Shown here in pieces: positions 51,094-61,961 of a stretch of DNA of 64,000 bases; the stretch's first letter is position 1, and every line of letters begins with the position of its first letter. Source of the DNA: an uncultured delta proteobacterium (GTDB lineage: Bacteria; Myxococcota_A; Polyangia; Fen-1088); the NCBI GenBank assembly GCA_963796685.1, contig CAWCMR010000025.1, positions 32,001 to 96,000 of the forward strand, written 5' to 3'. Under the pieces are notes generated by a model, which saw nothing but the letters and a program-made list of their open reading frames with translations, searched no databases and was not told the origin of the DNA. Position numbers and translations under genes: made by a program.

Positions 51094-54000
51094 CTAGGGC
51101 GCGCTCCAATAGTAGCCCCAGCACTTCATCAGTCCACCGGGCGTCAGTCCGCAGCTGTGGAGCGCGGCAGCGCTAACGATATCGAAGGAGCCCGCGGGCG
51201 GGGTGGCCTGGCCATAGTTGTTGTAGCCCCAGCAGGCGACGGTGCCATTGCTCTTGACACCGCAGGTGCCGTAGTCGCCTGCCGAAATCGAGACGAAGGT
51301 GCCGGCCGGTGGGCTCGATTGCTGGTAGGTGTTGTCGCCCCAGCACGCCACCATCCCGTCCCCCTTGATGCCGCAAGTGTGGGCAGCACCGGCCGCGACC
51401 ATGGAGAAGGTTCCCCCCGGAGCGTTGATCTGACCGCTGCTGCTTTGTCCCCAGCACGCCACCGAGCCATCTGTCTTCACCGCGCACGTGTGGCTTCCGC
51501 CCGCGCTGACCGAAGCAAAATTCCCGCTCGGCACGGCGTTCTCTCCGCTCGAGGCCGCACCCCAGCAGACCAAGCTGCCATCCGATGCAATCGCACAATT
51601 GTGGTTGGCGCCCGCGCTCAGCGAGGCAAAGATTCCGGAAGGGGTTCCGGCGATGGAGGAAGCCCTGCCCCAACAGGCCACGGTGCCGTCCGTCTTCAGG
51701 CCGCAAGAGTGGCTCGAGCCGGAATAGACCGAGACAAATGTTCCCGCAGGCGGCGCACACTCTCCGTTCGCAGACGTACCCCAGCATAGGACGCTGCCGT
51801 CGTACTTGACCGCACAGGTGTGGGTGGCACCCGCGCCCACGCTCCGATAGCTACTCTGACGTGGGCTCGACTGCCCATAGGTATTGTCGCCCCAGCAGAT
51901 CGCCGTGTTGTCGCTTCTCAAAGCGCACGTGTTGTAGCCGCCTGGGGCGACCCAATTGAAAGTGCCGGAAGGAGCAGCAGTCTGGCCGTAGGTGTTTTGC
52001 CCCCAGCACAGCAGGGTGCCGTCGCTCTTCAGGCCGCAGGAGTGGTATCCCCCCGACGCAAGGCTCGCGAAGGTTCCGCCGGGAGCTATCTGCTGCCCGT
52101 ACTGGCTGCTGACCGTGGCGCCCCAGCATGCGGCGGTATGGTCCGTCTTGAGGCCGCAGGTGTGTACGATGCCACCCGCTACGGAGAGGAAGGCCGTGCT
52201 CGCCGGGACATTGGTCTGTCCGTTGGTATCCAGCCCCCAGCAGGTGGCGCTGCCGTCGCCCGTGATCGCGCAAGAGTGGTTGGCGCCAAGGCCAATCGCG
52301 GCGAATGCGCCGGCGGGCGCGGACGTCTGTCCGCTGCTGTTCGAGCCCCAGCACAGGACACCCCCGTCGGTTCGAAGCCCGCAGGCGTGGCTGTAGCCAC
52401 CGTCCACGACGATGAAGGTGCCGGCGGGCGGCGTGGATTGGCCGGTACCGTTTTGCCCCCAGCAACCCAGGGTTCCATCCGACTTGATGCCGCAGACGAA
52501 GTATTGCCCTGCCCCGACCGCCAGATAGGTGCTTACGGGTGGATTGCTCTCACCCGCCGTGTTCATTCCCCAGCAGACAATGCTGCCATTCGCTTTGAGA
52601 CCGCACGCGTGATTCGTGTCGGAGGAAAGGCTCCTGAAGATAGGTAGGCATTCGCCCTGTGACACCATCGAATACCCGGAGGCGCAGCCGCTCGCAATAC
52701 AAGTACCCGCACCGTCGTTGTGATACCCACTGGAACAGGTCCCCGTGGAGCGGCACACGCGATCGCCACCATCATGGAACCCGATGGCGCAATCCACACA
52801 GACCGTCGAGCTCTTGTCCGCGCTGCACACATAGCTACCTCGCACGCCACAGCTCGTGCCAGGCGCGCCCTCGAGCAGTCCGCAACCGCCACAGGCGTTT
52901 TGCCCAGGGTCGCTACACGTGACCGAGGTTCGTTCAGCGCTACACAAGTACGTTCCGCAGGCCCCACAAGCCGCCCCGGGAATATTGCCGAGTGCTCCGC
53001 AGCCACCGCAGGCGTTCTGCCCAGGATCGTTGCAGCTCACCGAGCTTTTACTCGAGCTGCAATCGTAGTGACCGCAGGTACCGCATCCGGCACCGGGCGC
53101 ATGCGCAAGTGCGCCGCAGCCGCCGCATGCATTGAGCCCCGGATCGTTGCAACTCACGGACGTTTTGTCCACGCTACATGCGTAGCTGCCGCACACGCCA
53201 CAGCCCGCATCCGGCGGATTGCCGAGAACGCCGCAGCCGCCACACGCATTGACTCCCGGGTCGTTGCAGCTTACCGTCGTCTTGTCCGTACTGCACACGT
53301 AACCGCCACAGCTGCCACAACTGGTGCCAGGGGAGTGCCCAAGCAATCCGCACCCTCCACATGCGTTCAAGCCAGAATCGCTGCATAGGACCGATGTTCG
53401 GTCCGCGCTGCACGCATATCGGCCACAAGCGCCGCACGTTGCGTCCGGCGCTCCACTGCAGCTCAGCGCAGCCACCGCAGGCGTTGTAGCCGGGGTCGAA
53501 ACAGGTCACCGAGCTCTTGTCGACGGAACAAGCGTAGGCACCACACGAGCCACAGCTTGAACCCGGCGAGTGTCCGAGACTACCACAGCCGCCACAAGCG
53601 TTGATGTCGGCATCGGCGCAATCCAGCACCGGGATGGTCAGCTGCTGCGTAGCGCGGCCACCGTTGGCCGGACCGTCGGGATAGTTCACGTCGGTAACAA
53701 CGACCGTGAACGAGCACGCGGTCCCCGAGGATGCGGGAGAGAGCGTGAACGCCGTAAAGGCGCTGGTCGGATCGGTAAACGTCCCCAGGCAGTCGCTCGA
53801 CCACGCATACAGCAGCACATCGCCCTGGGCTCCGACCGCGTTGACGGAGAGTTGGGTCGTCGCCGAGGTCGTCGTGAAATGCGCGCGATCCGCGCTCATC
53901 GCGGCGATGGCAGGACCCGGCGTCAGCAAGAACATGTCGTAGGTTGACTGACCGGTCGTCGAGCTCGTGACCGTGACGGTGATGACAACCGGGGCGCCGG

Positions 54001-55318
54001 AAGGCGGAAGAACCGACGAGGAAAATGTTGCCGCCGAAGTCCATTGGGATGGATCGAGGCCCAGCGCCGCAGGGCCGGTGATCGTGGGCGCAGGGCCGAA
54101 GGTAGTGGTCCACGCGTAGGACAGACTCCCGCCGGCCGGATCGGTTGCCGCCACGGCCATGCCAACCACTGTACCAGCCGCAAAGCCGGCTCGACTCTGA
54201 TAGTCCAGGGTAATGACCGGCGGCACCTTGACGACGATGGGCTGGATAGCCAGGATAAGATGATTCGTGGTCACACCACCCTTCGGCTGGCCATTGGGAA
54301 AATTGCCATCGGTGACAACGACAGCGAAGTCGCAGAAGGTCCCGGTGGCCAAGGCTTCAAGCGTAAAAGTGGTGGTCGACGCATTCGGCGCTGAAAAGGA
54401 TCCTGGGCACATCGTCAACCATGCGTACGTCAGCGGGTCGCCATCGACGTCCGTGGCGATGACGGACAGACTGGTCACCGCGCCCGGGACGAGCTGCGCG
54501 GGGTTCGCGGTCATGGCCGTGACGACTGGGTAGGTGTCGAGGTAGGCGGCAATCCCGGCGTTGCCGTTGGCATTGGCCGCCGCTACGGCGACGGCGAACG
54601 ATGCCGTGTTGCTCAGACCGCTTGGATCGGTCACGGTCAAGTTGATGTTGCAGGCGCCCTCCGAGCTCGGGGCCATGAAGAGCGCGTTCGACATCGAAGG
54701 CGTGGTATCGCTTCCGGCTGTGATGACGCTGTCGCTCACGATGCCGCACGTCGCACTCCAGGAGAAGAGCAGCTGGGCGGTCTGCCCTGCGTCGGGATCG
54801 TGGGCCACGGCCTTCAGTTGGACCAGATCGCCGTAGCCAACACGCAGCGAAGACGCCGAAACAGCGTCAATCCAGGGTGCCTCGTCCGAAATCGGAACCG
54901 CGGGTGCGGTCTGGTTCATGTCGATGACGATGTTTGCGGTGCTGTTCTTCCGGATGACCTGCCCGGTAACCGATCCGCGATAGATCTCGGCCGGCGGCGT
55001 GAGGTTGTCGAAGGCGGAGGCGGTAAAGGTATAGTCGACGCCAACCGGAATCTCGCTCGCCAGGGCCGAAAACTGCGTCCCGGTTCGAATCAGCGGGATC
55101 ACGAGTGGGGCAGCCAATTCGGCCGCCATCACGGTCACCTTGACCTGGGCAACGGCGCTCACTTGAAGGGCTTGCACCGTGACAAGCGCGGCGCCCGTCG
55201 CGTCCTTCGTCGCGACACGACCACAACCTACCATCAGGGTGAGCACGCCGGCAAGCGCGCCAACCCCCACGTTTCCTGCCCAACGAGGGGTATACCTTCG
55301 TCCCACGGTGTGTTCCAT
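51094..55318 (-). CDS. ~1400-aa surface lipoprotein: Ig/PKD-like domains, 7 Cys-rich repeats and 14 RCC1-like blades (frameshift near 53459)
   Basis: MVGC lipobox; DGDPLTYAW-type domains; NACGGC repeats; 14 x HxC..xxDG..xCWG. Confidence 0.9.
52800..53615 (-). repeat. 7 x ~117-bp (39-aa, six-Cys) coding tandem repeat
   Basis: NACGGCGxLxxxPGxxCGxCGxYxCSxDKxSVxCxDPG. Confidence 0.9.
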
Positions 55319-55451
55319 TGTCAGTGACAGATGATGGCAAAACGCCGCAAGGAGGTATGTCACCTATTCGCAAAAGTCCGGTGACGAACGTCGTTTCACT
55401 CCCGTTTCAATTCGTTCACGCTTCCGTCCACACGACTCCGCAGCGCCAGGG

Positions 55452-56471
55452 TCAGGGCCCGACCTCGAAGTCGAACGCCGCGAAGTCGCTGCCGCCTCGG
55501 GCGTCGTGCAGCACCAACCACATGTGGACCAAGCCTGGTGCGTCAGGCTTCCAAGTATTTTCGGCGAAGGTCATGTCATTCTCGTTTTCGCCTCTTCCTG
55601 TGATGTCGTGTGTGAACCTGCCGCCCGTGGCGTACCACGAGACTCGCATCGACTCCCAGTGATACGCGAGCTGTTGGGTAACAACGTCAAGGGCTGGATA
55701 TCTTTCAACGGAATCCGCGGGCCAGTTGGCCGCGAGCGAAATGGGCTGCCCGCTACCGACCGGAATAGGAGCCCCCGCCACCGGGGTCGCGGGCACATCG
55801 ACCGGAGCGACGCCGGGGCTTTGCACCGTCAGCGACGCCAGTACCGGATTGTTGTTGAGCGTGTAGTCGCGGTTGTATTGCAAAACATCCGTGAGCTTTG
55901 CATTGGCCAAACCACACTGGACCCGCTGAAGCAGAAACGAAATGAGCGAATCGCCGGTGGACATGCCCGCTCGGCGCATATCTTCCGGAACCAACAGCTC
56001 GACCCGCAAAGGCTGGTAGTACCCACCCGTGACGTCGGGGTCGCGCGGACGGATGCTGGGTTGGCCATCCACTGCAGGCGGCGTGCTTGGGCCGAATAGC
56101 GCACACGCATTGGACGCAACAGGCGCGGAATAGGTGGTGGCGGAGGTACCAACCACGCCCGGCAGCAGAAACGGGTCGAGGCAATTGGAGCTGACCGCAT
56201 TGTTCTGGGTCGGCGGCTTGGGCTGGTCGCACATTACCCATAGTAACGGATCGGTGATGTCGGCGGACGGTCCAGGGACACGCCCGTTCGCATCCACGGC
56301 CAGAGCTTCGTAGGCAACCATGGTGCCCGCTGTTGGATCGACCTCCGCCGGTACTCCTTTCACATCCAAGATCGTTGGCCCGCTGACGAGCGAAATCGGC
56401 GGGCCGACTTCGGGTCGGCAAGCCAAGACCAGAACCAGAAGGGAGATCGCTGAGATGCTTATCGGCTTCAT
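55452..56471 (-). CDS. TBDR-associated lipoprotein
   Basis: VLAC lipobox; NNNP, ESMRVSWYATGG, WLVLHDARGG; coupled to the TBDR stop. Confidence 0.85.
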   Translation of the reverse strand: MKPISISAISLLVLVLACRPEVGPPISLVSGPTILDVKGVPAEVDPTAGTMVAYEALAVDANGRVPGPSADITDPLLWVMCDQPKPPTQNNAVSSNCLDPFLLPGVVGTSATTYSAPVASNACALFGPSTPPAVDGQPSIRPRDPDVTGGYYQPLRVELLVPEDMRRAGMSTGDSLISFLLQRVQCGLANAKLTDVLQYNRDYTLNNNPVLASLTVQSPGVAPVDVPATPVAGAPIPVGSGQPISLAANWPADSVERYPALDVVTQQLAYHWESMRVSWYATGGRFTHDITGRGENENDMTFAENTWKPDAPGLVHMWLVLHDARGGSDFAAFDFEVGP

Positions 56472-59134
56472 CAGAACTCCATACGCGCTCCCACGACGGC
56501 CAAGATCGGAAGGCCCGTGATATAGCTCTTCTGCGAGAAATCTGCGCTGTAGATGATTTCTTCCGGATTCTTGCGATTGGTCACGTTTTGCACGTCGGCA
56601 AAAACGTTGAACTTCAACCGTCGGTACACGAAGGACTGCTCGACTCGCACGTCGAACGAGTAGAACGCCGGAAGGCGAATCGAGTTCTGGGCGCCGTAGA
56701 TGGGCTCGTACACTTGAGACGAGCTGTTGAAATAGGCACCGATGACGGGAGTCCGGGGCGCGCCGGTGGTGTAGCGGAAGCGCGCACCGGCCTGAAAGCC
56801 GTGCGTGATTTCATAACTGGCCAGGACCGCCAGGACGTGGGTTTGGTCGTAGTCGAAGAGCCGCCAGTCGCTGTCCGGACGGTCTTTGCGTTCGCTACGG
56901 ATGATCGAGTAGGTCACCCAGCCGAAGAAGCCCTTGGTCAGCTCCTGGCGCAGGAGCACCTGAGCGCCGTAGCTATAGCCAATTCCGGTCTGCAAGAGAG
57001 ACTGTCCAACGGGAGGCGAAGGCAGGCCGCTGCGGGCGACCAGGTCGTAGAGCCTCTTGTAGAAGCCAATGGTTTCGAGATTCAAGGTTCCGGTGAGCTT
57101 GTACGAGCCGCCCGCGCTGATGTGGACAGCCGTGGAGCTGGTCAGGTGCGGATTGCCGAACACCGGGCTCAAGTCCTCGACGGCGGGCGGTTGCCCGTAG
57201 ATGCCTGTTCCGGCCGTGAAGCTCAGCTTGTGCGTGGCCCGATAAGCGACCGAGAGCCTCGGATTGGGGATCCAAGCCAGGGGCCCGGGCAGGGGATTGC
57301 GAGGCAAGTCCGTGCGCCGGTAGCCGATGTCGGGCCTTTGGTAGCTGTGCGGGAGGTCCAAGCTGCCATCGATAAGGGTGGGCTCGAGGCGAAACCCGGG
57401 GATGAGCGTCCATCGTCCCAACGCGATCTCGGCGAACGCGTAGGGCGCGGCAGAAAGCATGTTGATCTTCCAACGATCGGCGGCCAGGTCGGTTCCGGGA
57501 GGCTGGCCGAATACCGTGATATCGCCCTCACGAGCCGGCAGCTCCAGCGACCCTACCCGTTCCGCCGTGCTGCTTCGCCCTTGGAAATCCATACCCAGGG
57601 AAAGAACCACTCCGCTGGCAACGCGTCTGCGATAGGACGCCCGCACGGCGTACTGCCAGGCATTCACGTTGAGAAGCAGGGGCGTACCCCCGAAGTCCCA
57701 AGCACTGTTGTTGACATCATACCCGAATGAGGGCGTCAGGACGACGCTCGACCCGTCGGAAAACAGGCGCGTGTAGCGAACGATGAAGCGGCGGTAGCGT
57801 TGATCCGTGTTCTGGGTCTTCACTTCGAATGGATCGTCGGAGGGAACGACCCGGCTCAGATGATCGTCCGAGGCTAAAAACGTTGCGGACACCCGCTCGT
57901 CCTTGCCCAGCCTGAGCTCGGCTCGCGCCTGATAGTCATCGTAGCGGGGAATGGGAAAGAAATCGCCCACGTCACGCGACACAACGGTCTTGAGGGTCTT
58001 GTCGAGATAGCCGTACCGCCCGGAGACGGCAAGACTCAGCTTTGGCGTGATCGCTGCCTTGACCATGCCGGAGACATCGACCACGTCGCTGGCCACGTAG
58101 CCATGTACGCCTTCGCTCCCAGGATCTTGTAACTCGATGCGCACCAGGCCGCCCAAGCCACGGCCGTATTCGGCCCCGAACGATCCAGGCGACAGGTCGA
58201 TGGAGCGCACAAGGTCGGAATTGATGGTCGAGCGCATGCCGCCCACGTGGTACAGCATGGGGATCTCGACACCATCGACGTTTACCCGCGTGTCCTGCGG
58301 TGCCGATCCCCACACGATGAGCGCACCCGAGCCGAACGCCGAACGCCCGACACCGGGCAGGTTCTGCACGACCTTGAGGGTATCGCCTTGGGTGCCCGGG
58401 ACGCGCTTGGCCTCTTCCGTGCGCACCCGGGTCTCGACGACCTCCTTCTTGATGCGCGGGGCGCGCACCACGGCCTCCTCGTCCACGTCCTCCTCCTTGG
58501 GCTCGACCATGTACTTGACCGTCTTCTTCTTACCCTTGGTGATTTCTTCCTCGGTCTTGATGGTTATGAGCTCGCGCGACGAGAGCTCGATGGTGTGCAT
58601 GCCAGGTGCCACATCGGTGAAGGCGAAGGCGCCGTCCTTATCGGTGGTGGTTTCGACGTTCAAGTCGAGGATCTTCACCCTCACACCGCGCGCAGGCACC
58701 TTGCTGAAGCGGTCGGTCACCACGCCCTCGAAGTTGATCTGGGGGCCGAGCGAGACCATTACCTCCTTGACCACGAACTTGTAGGCGTAGTGAATCTTCA
58801 CCGGCACCGGCGTGCCATCGAGGGTTGCCGGCTCGAATTCGAACTGCTTGACCGCGGCGACGGCGGCGGCGTCGAAATCAGCCCCCGCCGACGAGACAAC
58901 CTCGACTCCGCCCACGTGCCCGGTTTCCTCCACGTCGATGGCCAGCACCACGCGGGCCTCCATGCCGGCTTTTTCCTTGTCCTTCGGGTAGACCGCCTCG
59001 ACGAACTTCTTCAGCTTGGGCGGCCGCAGCCCCTTGCCCACCTCGGGTCCCTCGCCAGAGGGTGGCTGGGCCTTCGCGGTCAGGGTCATCCCCGCCGCAA
59101 GGACCAACGTGGCGGCAACTGTAAGAAGGCGCAT
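56471..59134 (-). CDS. TonB-dependent receptor with N-terminal TonB_C and carboxypeptidase-regulatory-like domains
   Basis: AVYP...FEFEPA TonB_C; PGTQGD..KVVQNLPGV plug; FDYDQTH; C-terminal GARMEF. Confidence 0.95.
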   Translation of the reverse strand: MRLLTVAATLVLAAGMTLTAKAQPPSGEGPEVGKGLRPPKLKKFVEAVYPKDKEKAGMEARVVLAIDVEETGHVGGVEVVSSAGADFDAAAVAAVKQFEFEPATLDGTPVPVKIHYAYKFVVKEVMVSLGPQINFEGVVTDRFSKVPARGVRVKILDLNVETTTDKDGAFAFTDVAPGMHTIELSSRELITIKTEEEITKGKKKTVKYMVEPKEEDVDEEAVVRAPRIKKEVVETRVRTEEAKRVPGTQGDTLKVVQNLPGVGRSAFGSGALIVWGSAPQDTRVNVDGVEIPMLYHVGGMRSTINSDLVRSIDLSPGSFGAEYGRGLGGLVRIELQDPGSEGVHGYVASDVVDVSGMVKAAITPKLSLAVSGRYGYLDKTLKTVVSRDVGDFFPIPRYDDYQARAELRLGKDERVSATFLASDDHLSRVVPSDDPFEVKTQNTDQRYRRFIVRYTRLFSDGSSVVLTPSFGYDVNNSAWDFGGTPLLLNVNAWQYAVRASYRRRVASGVVLSLGMDFQGRSSTAERVGSLELPAREGDITVFGQPPGTDLAADRWKINMLSAAPYAFAEIALGRWTLIPGFRLEPTLIDGSLDLPHSYQRPDIGYRRTDLPRNPLPGPLAWIPNPRLSVAYRATHKLSFTAGTGIYGQPPAVEDLSPVFGNPHLTSSTAVHISAGGSYKLTGTLNLETIGFYKRLYDLVARSGLPSPPVGQSLLQTGIGYSYGAQVLLRQELTKGFFGWVTYSIIRSERKDRPDSDWRLFDYDQTHVLAVLASYEITHGFQAGARFRYTTGAPRTPVIGAYFNSSSQVYEPIYGAQNSIRLPAFYSFDVRVEQSFVYRRLKFNVFADVQNVTNRKNPEEIIYSADFSQKSYITGLPILAVVGARMEF

Positions 59135-59145
59135 CGTCTTTCGCT

Positions 59146-60066
59146 CTAGGGATAATCGAATTCGAGCACGGTGACGCCGGTGCCGGCCGCCTCGCCACTT
59201 CGCGTGGCAGCCTCGGTGAGAACGCCCGAGGACTCGCCCTTGCTCACGCCTGGAGTCGAGGCGTAGGCCCACCAACCCGCGGATGTCTGTCCGCACAGCG
59301 AGGCCGCGGCCACCCGAACGACGTAGTGTCCGACCGGCGGTGCCCCCTTCCAAATCACGTCTTCTTGATCGCGTCCGTCGATCTGGCAATTGGCGTTGGA
59401 ATCGAAATCCAATGTTCCGTCCGGTGTCTTGGGGTCGGCGCTGCGTGCCTTGCTCCAGACTTCGACAAAGCCGGCGGCGTTGTTGGCAGGAACGAGCACG
59501 TGCAGATCGAGATCCGTCGGCGTGTCCCATTGCAACGTGACGGCCAGCGTGCCGGTGATGGTCGAGGAATCGAGGAAGAGCGACTGAATCGTGGCTTCCC
59601 CGAAATTGCCGGCGTTGTCCACCCCACGAACCGAAAGCGGCAACGTCGTCGTTCCATCGGCGCTGACTTGCAGCAGGGGGCTGTTCCAGACGTCGCGCGA
59701 AATCGAAAGACCCAAAGCAAAGTTGAACGACTCGGGATCGTTTTGAACGGGATCCAGCGCGGGCACCTGCCAGTAAGCCACGTCTCCGGCAACGCCGAGT
59801 GCGACCGCGTTGGCGTTGGGACCGACGATACCCTTGATGGACTTGTTTGTGACCCCCGCGAAGATGATGGGGTTCCTGGGGAAGATGACGGCTGTTGCGG
59901 GGCTCGCATTGGAGGGATCGGCAATCGATCCGCGCATGGCTTGACCTCCCTCCACCCGGATGATCGAATTCACCCCGGACGACGTGTCAGGCGTCCAATT
60001 GCAGGCAGGTATCGCCATTGCGAACAGTGCGCCGAGCCCAAGCAGGCTGCGAGCGAAAGGCACCAT
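59146..60066 (-). CDS. Lipoprotein with C-terminal YfaP/DUF2135-like domain
   Basis: IPAC lipobox; VTLQWDTPTDLDLHV, LDFDSNANC, EDVIW, GHYVVRV. Confidence 0.82.
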   Translation of the reverse strand: MVPFARSLLGLGALFAMAIPACNWTPDTSSGVNSIIRVEGGQAMRGSIADPSNASPATAVIFPRNPIIFAGVTNKSIKGIVGPNANAVALGVAGDVAYWQVPALDPVQNDPESFNFALGLSISRDVWNSPLLQVSADGTTTLPLSVRGVDNAGNFGEATIQSLFLDSSTITGTLAVTLQWDTPTDLDLHVLVPANNAAGFVEVWSKARSADPKTPDGTLDFDSNANCQIDGRDQEDVIWKGAPPVGHYVVRVAAASLCGQTSAGWWAYASTPGVSKGESSGVLTEAATRSGEAAGTGVTVLEFDYP

Positions 60067-61640
60067 CAAAAGCTCACCTCCCCGCGAACAAGAACAGCAT
60101 CGTCGGCCAGGTTGGCCGGCATGCCGGTTACGTCCAGGCCCAAATGATTGCGATTGTGGTCGTATTCGACGAGGAATCTTCCCCATGGCGCCACGCAGGC
60201 GGCAACCACGGCAAGCGTGGAATAGCTGGCATTGGTGGGAACGGGACTGCCCTTCGCGTTCTTGTTGGCGTCCTGGTCGGGATTGTAATAGTCGTAGCGC
60301 ACGCCCAACCGCCAACGGCCGTACTCCTGGATGAGAGAGACATAGTATCCCAATTCGCGAAAGTCCCGGCCCGCGATGCCAGTGGGGTCGGCGGGCAGAA
60401 TGGCGCGGTCGAGGTCGTTGGCCAGATAGAATTCGGCGGCAAGGCTAGTCCTGAGCAAGGCGGAGATGCGCATCAATACAGCGAAATCCGCTCCGAAAGC
60501 CACACGCGTGAAATTCGAGGACGGTGACGCGGCCAGGCCCGGGCTTCCCGTGATCTCGCCGGGGGCGACGATCCCGTTTTCGTCCGCATCGTTCCACTGC
60601 AAGGTGGGCTTGTTGGAAAGCGCGCCGGAATGAAAGCCCGTGCCACGCAGGCCGGAGATCCCCCCCGTAACGTCGAGGTTGGTGATGGACTGTTCCACCC
60701 CCACGCGACCCAAGATGTCCTTTTGATGGTTGGGATCGACCCCGCCGAAGCTGCTGCCATCGATGGGCTGTCCGTTCATCACGCCGACGGCGTAGCGGAT
60801 GAATTGCCAGCCACCGGAAACCCGCGCTCCCAGATCGAATTCGCCGGGGAACAGCGCGCGGGCCGCCGTGCTGCGCTCCATGAAGAGGCGATAGCGATCG
60901 TCCTGGGGTACTTCCTGGCCGAACGGAATTCTGAACATGCCGATGGTTCCTCGAACCACCGGCCGGACCGTGTCGCTGCTTCCTGGCCATTTGACCGAGG
61001 CCTCCGCGTCGAGCATTCGGAATGCCGGTCCATTGACGGTGTTGCCGTCGATCTCGATCCGACCCTCTCCAAAATGACGCTCCATCGTCACGCCCAGACG
61101 CGCTCGACGGATCAAGAACTGGTCCTGATTCAGCGACTGCCCACTCGCGCCGAGCTGATCTTCCGACGATTGGCGCATTTGATAGTCGGCCTGCACGTAA
61201 CCGTAGAGGGACACCCCCGCGGTGCTAACGCCCACGGACGCGGGTGCGTTCCGTTCGCGCTCGTCCTCACGTACCGCGGCGTCTTGCAAGGCCTTCTGCA
61301 AGCGAAGCACCTCGGCCTGACGTTCGTTGCTGTCCGCCGCCAGGCGTTTGTCGGCCTCGTCCCGGACCGCCTCGATAGCGGCCGCATCTTCCTTGCGGAT
61401 GGCCTCCTCGCGTGTTTTGGCGGCGGCCTCTTGATCGGCCAGACGCTGCTCGAAGTCCGCCTTCACCTTCTCTATCTCGGCCATGGGATCGGGCGCGGGC
61501 TCGGCATCCTTGGCCCTTTTGTGGCCACCTTGTGCATACGCCGGACTCGCCAGTAGGCACCCGAACAGGGCTAGCGAGAGAGCCAGGCCTCTTCGAAGGC
61601 AGAGACCCTGCCCGAGCTTCACAGGAGTTGACTCCATCAC
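60066..61640 (-). CDS. Porin (OprO/OprP-like) with N-terminal coiled coil
   Basis: GYVQADY, FLIRRARL, GMFRIPFG, ERS, DLGARV, KDILGRV; C-terminal F. Confidence 0.82.
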   Translation of the reverse strand: MMESTPVKLGQGLCLRRGLALSLALFGCLLASPAYAQGGHKRAKDAEPAPDPMAEIEKVKADFEQRLADQEAAAKTREEAIRKEDAAAIEAVRDEADKRLAADSNERQAEVLRLQKALQDAAVREDERERNAPASVGVSTAGVSLYGYVQADYQMRQSSEDQLGASGQSLNQDQFLIRRARLGVTMERHFGEGRIEIDGNTVNGPAFRMLDAEASVKWPGSSDTVRPVVRGTIGMFRIPFGQEVPQDDRYRLFMERSTAARALFPGEFDLGARVSGGWQFIRYAVGVMNGQPIDGSSFGGVDPNHQKDILGRVGVEQSITNLDVTGGISGLRGTGFHSGALSNKPTLQWNDADENGIVAPGEITGSPGLAASPSSNFTRVAFGADFAVLMRISALLRTSLAAEFYLANDLDRAILPADPTGIAGRDFRELGYYVSLIQEYGRWRLGVRYDYYNPDQDANKNAKGSPVPTNASYSTLAVVAACVAPWGRFLVEYDHNRNHLGLDVTGMPANLADDAVLVRGEVSF

Positions 61641-61933
61641 GGTTTACAGGTCTGCCAGGAAGCGGGGTTCTGGCGCGCAACGACTGTTCCACCTCCCGGA
61701 GTTCCCGGAGGATTGATGATGCAGCCATTCACAGTCATCGCGTCCTCGTCGCAGCCAGCATCAGGCCCGGCTGGTGCAGTGTCGTAGAGGGTAGGAGCAG
61801 TATCGACCGGAGTGGTAACCGAAGTGTCGGGACGGTCGCCGATGTAAGCGTCCGTCTTGCCTCCACTGGTTCCCGACCCGCACCCGGCCAAGAGTAGGCC
61901 TCCAAGCAAGCCGCCAATCAATCGTCTGTGCAT
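61637..61933 (-). CDS. Small lipoprotein
   Basis: LAGC lipobox; RBS AGGAGG. Confidence 0.85.
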   Translation of the reverse strand: MHRRLIGGLLGGLLLAGCGSGTSGGKTDAYIGDRPDTSVTTPVDTAPTLYDTAPAGPDAGCDEDAMTVNGCIINPPGTPGGGTVVARQNPASWQTCKP

Positions 61934-61961
61934 CTGGTTCTCCTCCTGCTCGCATGCCTGG

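Noticed and set aside
52800-53615. 117-bp repeats as a non-coding array or DGR template
   Set aside because: Divergence follows codon structure, so it is a protein repeat; no reverse transcriptase in the window
50390-55392. Shared GGTGAC[A/G]AACGT 12-mer upstream of the response regulator (50390) and the large lipoprotein gene (55380)
   Set aside because: Only two short copies and no 11-bp phased repeat; chance cannot be excluded
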